Source: Callorhinchus milii
Lineage: Eukaryota
NCBI RefSeq assembly: GCF_018977255.1
Contig: NW_024704742.1
Coordinates: 92,010,001 to 92,074,000, forward strand
Length of the DNA stretch: 64,000 bases
Direction: 5' to 3'
The notes below the pieces were generated by a model. The model made no database searches. It saw only the letters and a list, made by a program, of their open reading frames with translations, and was not told the origin of the DNA. The translations under genes and the position numbers were made by a program. The first letter of the stretch is position 1. Each line of letters opens with the position of its first letter. Below are positions 47,501-62,000 of this stretch, one piece after another.

Positions 47501-50500
47501 AAGGCAAGGTGCATTTCCCCAAACATACAATTTGATTCAAACTACCCATGCAGTACAAAATGGATAAACTGAGTATATCTTCTTTGAAAGGAATGCTTCA
47601 TCTCCAAATTCCTCTTAATCCATAATGCTTTTAGTTTGGAGTAACGTTTGCCCTGCAATAGTTTCCTACTCTTGAATTCAGCACAGCTACTGAAACACAA
47701 AGTGCTTCAGGAAGCATATGGTAACAGAACTAGGTCAACCATTAACCAAGCAAGAGGAAGTCCAACAGCATACACCCTACAGAAGGATTTTAATCTCCTC
47801 AAAGTGTGACCTTCACCAAAGTCATGCACTGTACTATTAGAATGCTGCTTTAAAATCCTACTGTAATGTTCAGATACAAGAGGTCCAGCATACAAATAGC
47901 TAGCATAAATTCAGCTCCACAGATGATGGAATCCTATCACAGTAATCCATACAAGTAACTATACATTGACATCCCTTTGGAATAAATACTTTAAACAATT
48001 CCAGTAATACAACTAGGCGAGCAATATTTGGGAACTTTCAGTTTTCCATAAATGGAAAACGAGTGAATCCTAACATCAGTTTCCCTACTCTGCACAGATG
48101 TTTTACTTCAAATCATCTGAAATGTGACTGCAGCTACAATGGTTAGGAAGAAAATGGGGATTTTAAAAAAAGAATCTTGCATTGTTAGCCTATATACAGA
48201 CTGCGTTTTGTCATTCTGACTAGCAGAGCTCAGCCATTTTAAACAAGGCAGTTACAATGTCCACAATCACCATCCTGGAGGTTACAACGTTATCAGATCA
48301 AACTGAACTTCGAAAGGAAAGCTTATCCTCTTGGGGAACTTGCCTGTAAAGCCATTCTTCAGTTATTTTACTTGTCAGCTAGATGGAAGAGCTGTCACTA
48401 ATGCTTCTTCCAATTCCAACGAGACAGATAAAAAGCTCCTTTTATAAGGAATGTCAATCATCAAGAAAGGAAATAAAAATGTACAGTAAATTAGATAACC
48501 ACGAGACTTGAGAGTTTTAAAATCACAAGATTTACCCCAAACTCTAAAACAATGCAGGAATAAAAATAAGCTACTGTAGACGTATCCTTCACTGGGCTTT
48601 ATGCCAATATCATTTTAAAATTACCAGCCAGCAACAAGGGATTTCATTACAACATAGGCAGGTTTTGTGAGTGACCTTGACTAACGTATCAAGGTAGAAG
48701 GTTCTAGTAGATATCTCTCCAGAGAGGGGAGTGTCACACAGTCCCCTTAAAAAAGAATGATCAAACTTGTAATGTACATTTTTTTCAGGTTGCACCCTGC
48801 CATGCTGTTCCATTTTGGACAGATGGGCTTGCCAGTGCAAGACTCAAATTAGCTTGTTTCCCAATGTAGCTGTTGTCAGACAGCCAAGCAAATGATATCT
48901 CTGTCCACCGTTGAACTTTCATTTGGTCAATTGTGTTAGGAAGACTCCGTTATATAGGTCAAGAGGATGCTGAAGCGTATTGTCCATTCAATGTAGCCTA
49001 TATGCTGACTTTTCTCAAGGGGAAAAAATGTGTATGCGCTAGCTGACACGCATTGAGACATCTTCACTTTTTTTGAAAGAGGAACCTTGTTATTTTTCAG
49101 GAAGAATTGCACATTGCCTTGAGTGACAGTTCTCAATGAATTGGGCAAATCCAAAGCATTGTACAATCCCACTTGGAAAACTGTTCTCGGTTCTAGGACT
49201 GTATTACACTAGTGACATCTTACCATAGTGGAGAAGGGCCAACGTAGGGCAACTAAATTAATATATAGGATTGGGAACTCAAACTATGTAGAGTGATTGC
49301 AGAAGCTGGGAATGTTTACATTGAAGATGAGATGATCAATTTGTGTCCCTCCTGGGAGAGAGTACACATTGCTTACCAGACCGGGAAATTTCCAAGTGTA
49401 GTGTGGAACACTCAGGGGTGATTTTGATATTCTTAAGCATGGTAATGGGTTTCCACATGTCAGACATCCAGCTGACCAAAAACATAGTGATCTTACTGAA
49501 CTACAGAATTCTGGATCCAAAAGGTACCAAGCTAGTCGACAATGCTTTATGCTCAACTGTTCATAACAAGGCTTCACATACCTCTCCGATGGAGGAGAGG
49601 TAGAGACACAATGTGAAATCTCCTGAGAGATTTGTACTCTCCAGTGTTGGTCCATGTTGGGTTTTCTCCAACGGTCAGCCCTACTGGGTAATTCAGCCTA
49701 TTTTGAAGGCTCTGAACTTAAATATACAAAGCCCTTCAACCTTCCAAGGTAAATAAAGGGAGTACCACATCTATAAATATCCTCAGTGTTAGGGGGATAA
49801 GCAGATCTCTATGGGGCTGAACTGGCTTCTGGAACATATTTCTGGCACAATAGGTAGGTAGGTCCAAAGTAAACCCTAGCTTCCCTAGCTCATCAAGTCT
49901 TTGAGATATAGACAGGTCTACAACCTTGGCCAAAGCCCATGGCAGACTTAGCAAGACTATTACTATTCCATGTCACTGTAACAGTTTGGCATTTTGAGAT
50001 AATAGTCAGTATTTTGCTGCTTTGTTTGGTTCATGCTGGGTAGCATCAAGTTGAGAGTCAAATAGCAAGGAGATCCTTGTTGATGCGTTGTGATGGCTCT
50101 TGTTATTAGATGGCTGTGAGATAGCTCACAATGACTCATAATGGATTGAAGAATTACTTTGCTCTCTGTTGCATTTGGGAGTAGCTCATAGACCTGAAAG
50201 ACCTATTCCAAAACAAGCCTTCTGGTGGAATCATAAGATCATTGTCCAATCCAAAAAATGAGACAGGGTGACTTTCCCACATTCTTTGTGGATCAGCAGG
50301 AATTGGGATGTTTGCTTTTGGCAGGCTACTTCCTGGACAAGAACAGAAAGTGAAGAGGACATCACATGCAAGTTGCAAGCTGCTTCTCAGGGCAGATCTA
50401 CTGGGTCTGTACACTGTAAAAGTCCAGGAAAGTGCTAAAACATGTGCATATATCAAATGCAAGGATTATTATATCATTTAGGGTTGACAACAGCATCTCA

Positions 50501-53500
50501 CCAGGAGTTGCCAATCCAAAGGCTGGACCAGAGAAACCCAAAACATCAAACCAATATTGCTGATGCAGGGATATTCAGAACCCCTAATGCTGCCTGGCTG
50601 AGGTCTGAACCTGCAGGGGACAGATGCTTCATCTTTTGACCTCAAAGATGCAAGTCATTGCACTTGTCAATAAATATTGCAACTATATTTTGATGCAAAA
50701 GAGTTATAAAAATACAACTTCAAATTACAAGTTAGATCTGTCTGACTATCTATCCTTTCCCAGATAAATGTTGACATGGGATTCACATTTCAATTCACTG
50801 CACAAGCACCTTTGTCCGTGAGATCCAACAGCCTAAGTGAATGCAAACCTCTTACAAAATGTCCGGCAGTGATTGACCAGTCACTTGACTGGACTGACAG
50901 GCTCTGCAAATGGTTCATGTGGAATCGGCTGCAAAGAACGTTTGGTTCTTGGAAAATTCTTCAGCAGCTCAACCCACCCACCCCTCCCTCCCTCCCTCAC
51001 AATCTTTTGCATGATTCCACAACAGTAACTGAAACCAAGGTCTGCTTAATGCTCTTCTGAAAGTGCCTCTGCAAACCACTAAATTATGCAATTGTCATTG
51101 TGAGATCTCTGACATTGCCAGGCTCGTTTTATAAATCTATCCTGACCATTGTGGATTCTTCTCAGCACCTGAAAACCATCCTTACAAATTCTACATAAAA
51201 CAGTATTTATCCAGCATAACCTAATCTTTTATTCTCAATTATATTTTTCAATGGTAATCTGGCCTCTGATCATGTGATGGTTACATTATTCTATGGCGAT
51301 GCATCACTTTGCCCCAGTTTTTGCCTTAGTTACTCTGCGAGTACACAACATGGTAACTTAAGAAAAGAGCAGGACATTCAGTCCATTGAGCCCCTAGGTC
51401 CACCATTTTTGTAGATCTTAAGTGAGATAATGCCTTATGTGAAAGACACTATGTAAATGCAAGTTGTTGTTGTTGCTGCAGATCCCAGTAGACCTTTTAA
51501 TCCAATTTCCCCACCTTTTTCACATCGCTTAATATTCTTATTTCCTAAGTGTATATCTACTACTCCACAAATCTTTAAAACATCAGCACAATAGAATACA
51601 TTTTAAACCAGGAGTAAAATGCATTCACTCATGAAACAAGTTGATTCCTTTCTATTCCCCATTTGTACAGGGGTTAGGATTGAGATTTCTCCCTAAACAG
51701 ACATCATAAAATGCATTTGCATATCACAAAGTGTTTTGGGCTTAGGTCATTGTAAATACATCCATTTAATTTTGACAAAACTCAGAATTTACGCTAGAGC
51801 TATACGCAGGATCATGGAGAAGTTTTGCAATATTTTTGTTATATGGTTGGAAACCCAAATGTTGGATTAAATCTACTGCTGAAAATTACTGTGACTGTAC
51901 CTTTTGCAGCTCAGTATTTATAGTTAGCACTGCTCCATGCTAAGGTAAAATATCCATGTTGGTCTTTGCCTCTCAGTTTCTCCAAACTTCTATTTGTTAC
52001 CCACTCCAATGAAGCTTGTCCTTCCATTAACGTATCCCATTTACAACCAGTCATTTACAACCAGTCAGCAGAAGCATTTTACCAGTAATTCCCTTTTACG
52101 CTTTGTTCCCAGTCAAATTCACATCAAATAGGGAATTTTAAAATAAAACACTTCATAAAATATTGCAGCGATCATAAAATAAATGAAATATAAATCTGCA
52201 GATGTCTTCAACACAGTGTGCAATGCAATGTAATGAAAACTCCAAAACTGTTTTGCAAGCATGAGTCTGAAACCAATGAACAACATACCTCAATGGTAAT
52301 ACAGTTCTGGTATTTGCAGTGAAATCAGCCATTACTTTGACATGCTGTACTTTTAACTATGGAAGGACATAATGTGATTGCCAGTGGAAGGATTGCACAT
52401 CATGCAAGGATCCCTACCCCCATAGAAACCTATGGCACAAAGCATCAGTGCTGTTGTTGAGGTGCAGAGTCAGCTGGTACAGCGCGACAATGGACCTTCA
52501 CATGCATTCACGGTTTAGAGATTCAAACGGCACAAAGAGATGGCGTATTGTCTGTGCTCACAGGCTTGAGATGTTGTGAAACAGGAACAGCATACAGATG
52601 AGTGGCAGTGAGACACTGCACTATGCAGAATGCAAATAACTACCATGACTTGGACTACTCTTGGGAACAAAGGCATTGTATTATTATTATGCATTTCCTT
52701 TCACAGCCACTCACTTTCCTACTATACAGTATGACCCTTGAGTCACAGAGAAGGACACCGTACAGCTGCAGCCAATACACGCTTCTAATCCAAACGTCCT
52801 CCTTAGGTCAACAAAGGCGGCAATTTGAACCTCAATGTCAATTTCTCTTCACCAACTGCAGATGTCCTACCCACATCTACCAGTCCAGATGACTCACTGT
52901 TGAAAATATATTGTGCGTACAGGTGGCCAGGACAGTGGCTCAATCCTACGACTGTAGCAAGGCAACGCTTCCTCTCCAGTGTCTCCGCTAACAAGTTGCT
53001 CGCTTGAGAGAATTTGAAAGGAATTTAGCTGCATATGCTTAAAATATAGGGTTTACTCAAGAGAATCATGAAATCTATAGTTCCAAGAATTACGTCAGTT
53101 AAAATTGCCATGGCAGCAAAGACGAGAAAGCAACACATGAAATGGAGATTGATCCATCACCCATACCAATTCTTTCACAATTTACTTATATAATTAATAT
53201 AAAGAATCGATCATCGATACATTGGTTACACAAAAAATAACGCATTTCCTCCGAGAACTTGGGACGCAATGCGCTATACTGTTCCACTAGCGATCTAAGC
53301 CTGAAGCCCTTCTGCATTTTGCAAATGTCAGTTATTGCACAGGTACAGAAGCTTGATGGCACCTTGGACAAATCACTGCAATTCAGAAGATGTGGGTACT
53401 TAAATATGCTTCAGCAAGTTTATCCAGTACACAGCTGCACCATACAGGCAGAGAAGGTCATAGGTTAATTCCCTGGCATGTGCTAAGTTAGTTGATATCA

Positions 53501-54117
53501 GCTAGGACGGTGCTAGGGCCACTACAACTGGATACCCATTCCTGATATCAACAACCCATTCTGGGAGTATATAGTGTTGCGCTTGGTTGAGATTTTCTCT
53601 CCCAACCTCCTTCCACAACTAAATAAAATGCTGAGGCTGACGTTGAAAGCTCACGCATGACTTATGATCACTAGTAGAAGGTAGATAAAAGCAGTCAGTA
53701 GCCATGAAACTATCTCAGTGGAAGGTATAAGGAATTAAACAACTTTAAGGAGAAGCTCGGTGAGAAAAACAAACTCAGATAGAGATTGCATTTGCCAAAG
53801 CTCTGTGAAACGTATATGAAGGCTACTGAACTTGGCAAACCCAAATGTCCATTTATCAAACTTAACATTACCTTCAGGCTAAGAAAGAAAACTCGATGAA
53901 GCAGGTTACAACTTGATAAAATACAGGAACTCTGCTATTCGATTTTCCCAAAGTAGGCAAGAACACATTTCAAAAGAGATCAGTAAGTCTTAAAATCACC
54001 AATCTAAAGGGTATTGTTACAATCTAACAATCGACTGTAATAAGTTTTTGATCTCCTGTCCTGGCAAAATGAAAATGAAATGAGTGAGGAGGAGAGAGAA
54101 GAAATTCCTATCATTTG

Positions 54118-54437
54118 TGGAGTCCTGTAGCTCAGTGGTTAGAGCACTCGCTTTACAAGTGAGAGACCTGAGTTCAATTCCAGGCAGAGGGCGAAACCTT
54201 GGGCAAGTTTCCTTACTCCACACAGAGCCTAATAATAATCCCTCCAAAACCAAAAAAAAATAATAAATTGGTCATTTTCAATCTACGACTGTTTGTGGGA
54301 CATTGCTGTGCACAATTGGCTGCCGCGTTCGCCCACAAATATACAGTCAATTCACTTTACAGTGTGTTCTGTGAAGCGCTTTGGGACGTCCTCCCGACGT
54401 GAAAAGCGCTATTTCAAATGCAAGGATTATTATTATT
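54118..54437 (+). mobile_element. Full-length young tRNA-derived SINE (subfamily A): tRNA-like head, Deu-like core, L2-like tail, (ATT)n end
   Basis: A box TAGCTCAGTGG, B box GAGTTCAATTCC, core CTGTTTGTGGGACATTGCTGTGC.CAATTGGCTGCCGCG, tail AGCGCTTTGGGACGTC..GACGTGAAAAGCGCT; near-identical copies at 15742, 35738 and 37339. Confidence 0.92.
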
Positions 54438-56084
54438 TTTATCGGTAACAAACTTTAAATTCACAAAGTGCTGTTCAACAGCTTTTTTAAAAAAAACACA
54501 CAGGAACACTCTCCCTTTATCCGCCATTGATATGCCTCAAGCGCTTGTATCCTGCATCACAAGTAGTAGCAATATTGCCGCACGTGCACACATCACACTG
54601 CTCAGCACCCAGCCAATATTTCCAGACTGTGAGTTTCAAAGGGAGTTTAAAAAAAACTATTTTGCATTCCAATTTTTAAATACAGTAATCAAAGCACAGT
54701 TCCATCTGGCTGCGACAGTGGGTAATAGGGTTTGAATTCAAAAGGTCTTTAATTTGCAAATGAGGTGCAACAAATCCCAAGTAGCCCAATAGAAACTGTT
54801 ATGTTCCAATAGGGATGCTTGACAGAGAGATAGGCAGTATTTCTTTACTTGGGAAGTAGAGGTATTAGAGATATGGCAAAAGGGTGAGGTATTGTTTGGT
54901 TTAAAGATCTGCCAAGATCTAATAACTGGTGAAACAAGCTGGATGGGCTGAATGCCTCGTTCTGTTCCTGTTTTCCTGTGGTCCTAATATGAAATTAAAA
55001 AATTCAAAGCAATTGAAGAGAAGAGCAAAGAAAACAACCAATCAAAGGAAAGAATTTCATTAATGGGATTTAGTACCTCTTGGATATACTAGGTTATGAA
55101 TCAATAGGTACTGACAGAATGAAACTGTATAGACGACATTTAGAATTGTTTTAGAGATGGGACTTTATCTTCACAATTCTGTATTGTTTTATAAATGTAC
55201 AGTTTAAATTGCTTCACCTCATCCCTATAATTGTGATATCCCTTACCCTCCCCCTCCACACTTTGCAACAACCTCCAAGCAAACACCTATACTATTTTTT
55301 GAAACCGGTGCTAATGAACAGAGTGGAATCACAAGTTTTTGGTGATAAGTTAACTGTCATTAACTTGATTTGTTCATCGTTACATTTTTTTNCAAATTTT
55401 GACAGAAAACACATGTTGCAATAAACAGGGAAAAGTGGAACACATCACTTACGTTTAACAGCTATCTGAGCAGCCGCCACCTTTGTCAAAAATCAGAGGA
55501 AGTCTGTAGCCATGCTTCCGAATTATGTCCGATTTCTCAGTGAGCTTTGGTGCAGCACGTTTATGCGAATGTTCCTTCAAATGCAGCGAATCTGTGCTTC
55601 ACAAAAAAAGTTAAGGATAAAAAATGTAACCCTGCTCTGCGGTTTCATTAAACAGCCAATTTCCAAAGGCGAGAAGCGGGAAATAAAAGGAGTGCCGACA
55701 GTATTCAGACATAATACATTTTGGTGAAAGTTGCTATGAAAGAATAAAGGGGATCGAACTCATTTTTAAAACAAGATTTCCAATGAGCAATCCAGTTGGA
55801 ATGTCCACTGAAATTCCATCCTGAATGTAGATTACATCAGGGGGAGTTCCCATGGTGTGATGTACTTCCGGTTACTGGATGAAGTTCCCAATTGGGCGAC
55901 AATGATTCCTCACTAAGGAATCCCCTTAAGAAATCCTGTAGGTTAGACCCAAGGTTAGCCCAGTCTGGGGTATTATGATTCAGTTGTATGTGTGTGTGTG
56001 TGTGTGGGGGGGGGGGCGGGTGGGGAAGGAGGCAGTTTCTATCTTATATGACCAACAGTTCCTCCACTCTCCCCCACCCAGATA

Positions 56085-56690
56085 ACATTGATCATTTACC
56101 TCCTAGGCATTTATGGACCACTGTTGCGCGTAAATTGCCTACAAATACATTGCCACGTTTGCCTACAAACACAGTCACTTCACTTCATAGCAAATACTGT
56201 GAAGTGCGTTGAGACATTTCGACAACATGATAAGGCATTTTTGTCAAACTTAAGTATTATTCATCTTGAAAGCAAGAAAAGACTAACACCAAAACATACA
56301 AATCTTGTACAACTCTATTTTGTTCTATAGAAATAGGTGATGCATAAATCAGAGAAAAAGAACTTGCATTTTATTTGATAGCATTTTCAAAATGCTTCAC
56401 AAATGATTGCTTTTCGAGTGTTATTTGTAAACAAAGGCAACGGTCATTTGCATAAGCAATGTCCTACAAACAGCCAGCAAGTGAATGACCATTTAATGTA
56501 GAGGATTTTTGGCCAGGGCACCAGAAGAAACTCCCTTCTCATTTTGAATGTTGGCATGGGACCTTCAAAGTGCATTTGAACAGGCAGATGGGAACTTGGT
56601 TTTAACATCTCACCTGAAAAATAGCACTGAAGGATGAAGCTCTTTTTCAGTGCAGCCCTGAAGTGTCAGCCAAGACGTGTGCTCAGTGCC
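56085..56690. mobile_element. Two degenerate SINE fragments (+ at ~56085-56260, - at ~56360-56690)
   Basis: Core and tail similarity to the SINE families above. Confidence 0.6.
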
Positions 56691-58824
56691 TAAAAGTATT
56701 GAAAAACTGGGAATTAAATCACGGGAGTTAAAATAAGATGATACCAGAATTACAGTGTCCATTGTCCTATCAGACAAGATCTAGTTATAATACAAAGATC
56801 TGTACAATGGTCCATCATTTTCTTTGGTGTCATTTATTCACAGAAAAAAGTGGCAAATACTAGTTGAATTAGTAGATGTGTCAGACCTTGTGATGAGGAA
56901 CCATAACTGCTGACAATCTAGATGAAGCTCGGGAGTTAAACAGCAAAACGTCAAAATTAGCAAAAACAAATTGGTATATAGTAAATTAGGAATACGTACA
57001 CATAACCTTAAACATATAGTCCTAACACTGCCAATTACGATATAGCAAGTGCTACAGAATGTTTATAAACAAAGGCTACCTCTTCTATCAGAAGGATTAG
57101 TGTTGGTTTGACAATATCATGCAGTTCCTTTTCACAGTGTAGATAAAATGTCCTACTCAGCACTCGATCTATTAGCTGACTGAATATCTAGCCATATGCA
57201 CTCTGCATTTCAAACAGGTTTGTGAAGATGAATACATTACTCTGCCGAATGCAAATTATCAGCATCTGAACTTTGAACAATTTACCCAGAAACCTTGTTA
57301 GATAAAATATGGGATCTAATGATAAGAAACTTAATTTATTCCCTTTTGTCAATTCTGCTCCACTCCCTCCTGCTCTGAGAAGATCTTTTTATATTTGTCT
57401 CCAAATTGCCAGTCAAACTGCATCTCATGCCAACTGCTTAACCATCATGTTTTCATTCCAATTCACTTCTTTTTAGCTGCAAGGAATGCTGCCACAACTG
57501 CTTTCACTGCATGTGTACCACCAAGTTTTTAAGTTTGTCATTCAGATTTGTTTGCATTTCAGAGGTGGTAAGAAATTACTAGTAAGAGTTACTAAAAAAA
57601 GAGACAGTATTTGAGCAGATCTTTCATACACACAATTGATACTAGATTTTCAAGCACCATGTGTTTTTACCGAACTGTTCAATGAAGTTTAATAACTGCC
57701 CAGTACATTGTTCTGGATCATTTTGCAAACCAGAGAGCCAATGCAACTGAAGGAAATGCATTAGAAAGGAGATAAGAAAAGGGAAAAAAGAGAACAAAAA
57801 GTAAAAGTGGTCCTTTCACAAATTAAAACTTTAGTAAAATCTGAGCTGCTTTGCATATAGACATTAAAACGAATTATTTCTGTAGATGCAAAAAATGAGT
57901 GCAAGTTCAGCAATCAATGACTGCTGTGAAGTACCCTGCAGATCTGAACAGCTTCCTGCTGGTTTGAAGCCTCTACGACCAAACAGAAGCTCAACTATAA
58001 TCTACTGAGATGAAATGGCTGCCTGCTTTCTGCCAAGTCAACTTCTTCATGTAGACACTACATCCTTCTATGTGGAACCACCCCCCAGCTGCTGCCTGCC
58101 CAACAGTTTTATCTCCTGCGTCACAACTCTGGCAGCAGGCTAGCCTAGCTTTGCAGATCAGAGGCCCCATTTTGCAACTCTCCAAATACAGATCTTCTTA
58201 AAGCAGAGAAACACAGCCACCACTTTGCTTTTCAGATCCCTTTGAGCTTGTTTGTCACCATCTCAAATACACAGCCCATCCGGAAAGGTCACAACACAAA
58301 TGCGTTTTCTGCAAAAATTGGAAAAAATGTAAATCACAGTAGATTATCCAAATACTGTATCTTACTTCTGCCACTATAATCGTAAACCAGTAACATCAAT
58401 CATCAATTCCATATTTCCTTTAAAAGCCCAGCTGCTGCAGAGCTCATACAAGGACAAAGGGATCAGCTAATACTAAAAAAGACACGACGGCAGATTAGAC
58501 TTCCTACCTTCTACAGCACATCTAAGAGCAATTGGAGATCTGAAAAAAAGGGTTCATATTTGAGCAAGTCAGTCCTTATAGCTCTGAGTTATTCAGCAAG
58601 ATGGGGGCAAAGCAGATGACACAACCAGGGACAAAGCTTCAAAGTTGAACTTTGTTCGAGTTGCATGAAACAAAAATCCAACAGGTTTCTCTGGCACTGG
58701 TCCAGCAGTGTGGAATCCAGTTTGAGAAGACTTGACAGTTCCTTATTTCTTGCGATACCTCAGAGATTCCTATGGTGTAGTGCATTCATTTAAGATACAA
58801 CTCAAATTACTGTCTGCACATCCC

Positions 58825-59053
58825 AGGCCTGAAATTCAACCTAGATTTAGCTTGTAAGATCATTTTGTCCTAAAATTCAAGGTCACACAAAATTGTGCAA
58901 AAGCTCCAATTTGGAAACCGTTTTTCCCAATTCCTAAAAACACTGGAGTTCCAAAATCACAAATTAATTTTAGAATTTTCTGCAAATCTGCACGATCTTA
59001 AATTGTAGGGCAAAATGGTCTTAAAGCTAAGACTAGGAGAAATTTTGGGGCCT
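58825..59053. mobile_element. Fold-back MITE with ~75-bp imperfect terminal inverted repeats
   Basis: Left AGGCCTGAAATTCAACCTAGATTTAGCTTGTAAGATCATTTTGTCCTAAAATTCAAGGTC versus reverse complement of right AGGCCCCAAAATTTCTCCTAGTCTTAGCTTTAAGACCATTTTGCCCTACAATTTAAGATC. Confidence 0.75.
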
Positions 59054-62000
59054 CCTAATCTAATTCATTCAGAAACAGCAAATTAACTTTTGTACCAGCT
59101 CCAGCCAGATTCTTGCTTTAATCCAATGATCAATCTTACCAGTTGCGATTTGAGATGTTTACTGCAACAAAGCAATGCTTTTTTCCCCCCACATCAAGTT
59201 CCTTTCAACTGTGGATTTCATTAGTGTACCACCTAATATTTGAAAGAGATCCAGCATCAATTTTACATGAACCTTCTAGGAACATCTAGACTATAAGGAA
59301 ATAACTCATTTAAAATCACACTGACTTTACCTACATTCACTTCTGCATTAGTATTGAAAACCTAGTGCTGCATTATGATGAGAACTTCTGAGGAAAGTCT
59401 CTCCAATCAATAGCCTTTATCTGGAGGCACTGCACAGTGTGTATTGGATTTCAGATTAGTGCATACACATGATGCAGAGAAGCAGCCATATATTTATAAT
59501 GGATCTCCCTAATCACTGTTCTTTTTACTTCTAGCCCACCTTCTTTTAACTCTTTCCTTTGAGTACCCGTTCTGAAACTCTTGCTTTGTGGCAGTGCTGG
59601 TTGCTGTCCATTGCTGGCAGAAAAAGCACACCAATGTAGACAAAGGGTTAAGTAGCAGAAGGATTTTTTCTCTTTCCTTGAGTTAACTAAGACTACACAC
59701 GTGGAAAAAAATCCATGCCAGATGCTCACCTGGAATTTCCCCTTTTTAACATAAAGAATCCAAGTACATTAAATATATGGTTTCACAGGAATTTTCCATT
59801 TACGTTCTCCAGGTTGTGTGTGTTTTTTTGGCCGGGGGGGGGGGGGGGGGTTTGGTATGGAGAGAGGAGAATCTACAAGGGAACTAAAATTTTTGCTCCA
59901 TTCCAACACTAAGCAGCTGCCAGTTGCACTCTACAGATTGCTTGGTTCTGGTTTAAATTAGGAGGGAAAGAACCTCAAAGCAAGAACAAAGCAAAGCAAC
60001 CGCTTATAAGACAAGATAATAGCAGAAATATAACAATTCTTTTGAACCACTGCAGAATGGAGATTATTTTATCTCATTTAAGGTGTAGCACAAAAAAAAC
60101 ATTGGCTCTGAAATATAGCTTAAATGGTGCCGTTAAATGCAGACACAAAGGAATGGATGTTCCTGGCTGCATCTGCAGCAAATAATTTGTTGAAATTGAC
60201 AAATGATATGCAATGAAGACAGCATGGAGATGGTGCTCCTCAAGCCCTTTATCAAAATCTTTTAGACGTTCATTATCAGCCGTTGATCATACAAGAGGGC
60301 GGTGACCACCATTCATTAACACAAATAGGATGTTATCTGGCAAAGAACCTTCCTCAGCTGATCTCCCAAATGAAACCTAAATTAGATGTGCTGCAAACCT
60401 GGAATGAAGCCCTCCTATTTTTTTTCAAAAATCCATAAAGTAGCCATGTTTTGATTTTTTTTAAAAAAGCATCACAAGAAAAACTGTGAAACCTTGTACA
60501 CAATTTCAAGAGATTCCACCTTCGTGCCCTTTAACTCAGTCCACCATTCAAAGCGATTTTTGAAATAAGTGAGGCACATCCAACGAGCAGTGTAGCAGCA
60601 AGCGCTCAAGTCGGCATGGTCAGGTTGACAGCGATTACACATGTCAGCGCGCTACATTCTTGGATATTCTGAACCTCCATTTTGCACTAGACTTACTGGA
60701 AAGCACCCAAAAAAAATCACGGAACTGAGAACAACTCATCTTTAAGCAGTCTAAGTCATAGACAGAGCAATCCATCATATGGCTCAAGTGCCCACTGGGG
60801 ACCAAAATGCTTCAAACCTACTTCACCAGCTTCTCAGGCTAGATTACTTTCCTTCTACAGTGCCTCATGATCAGAAGAGAATTTTTTTCCTTACATTTTT
60901 CTTGCTGTCCTGAGATTACGCTTTTCTGTCACATCATACTGTTGTTAAATATTTAAAATCACTTTCAAAGTACCTCAGAATCTCAAACAAATGAAAGCCC
61001 AATGACAAAGGGTGCACAACAGAATAGAGTCTGTACTTGAAGGTGTCAACTGAGAGAAGGTCGACTGATAGCAATAAAAAAANCTTTTGCACATTATTTC
61101 GAGATTAAACTAAACAATTTATGCAGCACACAATAAAGGGCATCTCAAATTGGCATAAGTAAAGGTGTTATAAACAGGAAACAAACGTGTAGAGAAAACG
61201 CCATTAGAAGAGATTGTAAATGATACCAACAAGTTATGAATAAACATAGCTCCCACATCATTTCCACCACAGGGCACAAATCAGCAACGATCATTGATGT
61301 AATCACCCAACAAGTCCACATGCCACATTAGATGTCAATGTTTCTAAAAGGGTAGCTTTTGTTTCGTGTTCTGATATGCAACACAATTTTAAATGTTCTT
61401 GATCTCTAAAAAAATTGAAAATGAATATCTGAAATTTCAAATTAATATCAATGCCAGCATAACATGAATGAATTATTTTTATTTAGAGTAGACGATGCAG
61501 CTACAGGATATGTTACTTCACTCAGTAAGAGGAAACCCCTCAAAGTATTTGTCTTTTAACAGCAATTTCATCCTATCTGCCAATGTTTGGATCAAATAGC
61601 AACAGCCAATACAAGTAAACACGCAAGTCATCGTTTGTGTGGAAATTCTTGATAATTCATAAAAGGAAATGACTATACTCCATGAACCAATTATCCAAAC
61701 CAGAAAAATCTAGCAATTGCCTTTGATGATAAGACAGATATAATTTTCGTAAAACTATGCTAAATTTAAAATGATAGTTCAAATATCTTGTTCCAAAACT
61801 TCCAATATTTTGTAAGTAGCTTTCTTACTATGAAGTAACAAGCCATGTGCTTTAAGCCTCTGAAATTAAGGTCCATCCTCCAAACTAGCTCATTTTTAGA
61901 CATTAATTTCTACGGTAAACCTGAGAGAATTCAAAATTCCTAAAGGATTGTTATAACAAAGGTGTTTTCTTACTTTAAAAGAGGGTTACATAATAAAGAT

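Noticed and set aside
49284..50462. Cluster of 70-120 aa ORFs, possibly an old retroelement or viral relic
   Set aside because: No convincing motif by eye; a translated search against Repbase/nr would be needed.
54118..54190. tRNA-like sequence (also at ~6900, 16000, 27790, 36000, 37600)
   Set aside because: SINE heads: acceptor stem not intact and each runs straight into the SINE body.
55392..55392. Single N bases (55392 and 61083)
   Set aside because: Adjacent to homopolymer runs; sequencing or assembly ambiguity rather than biology.
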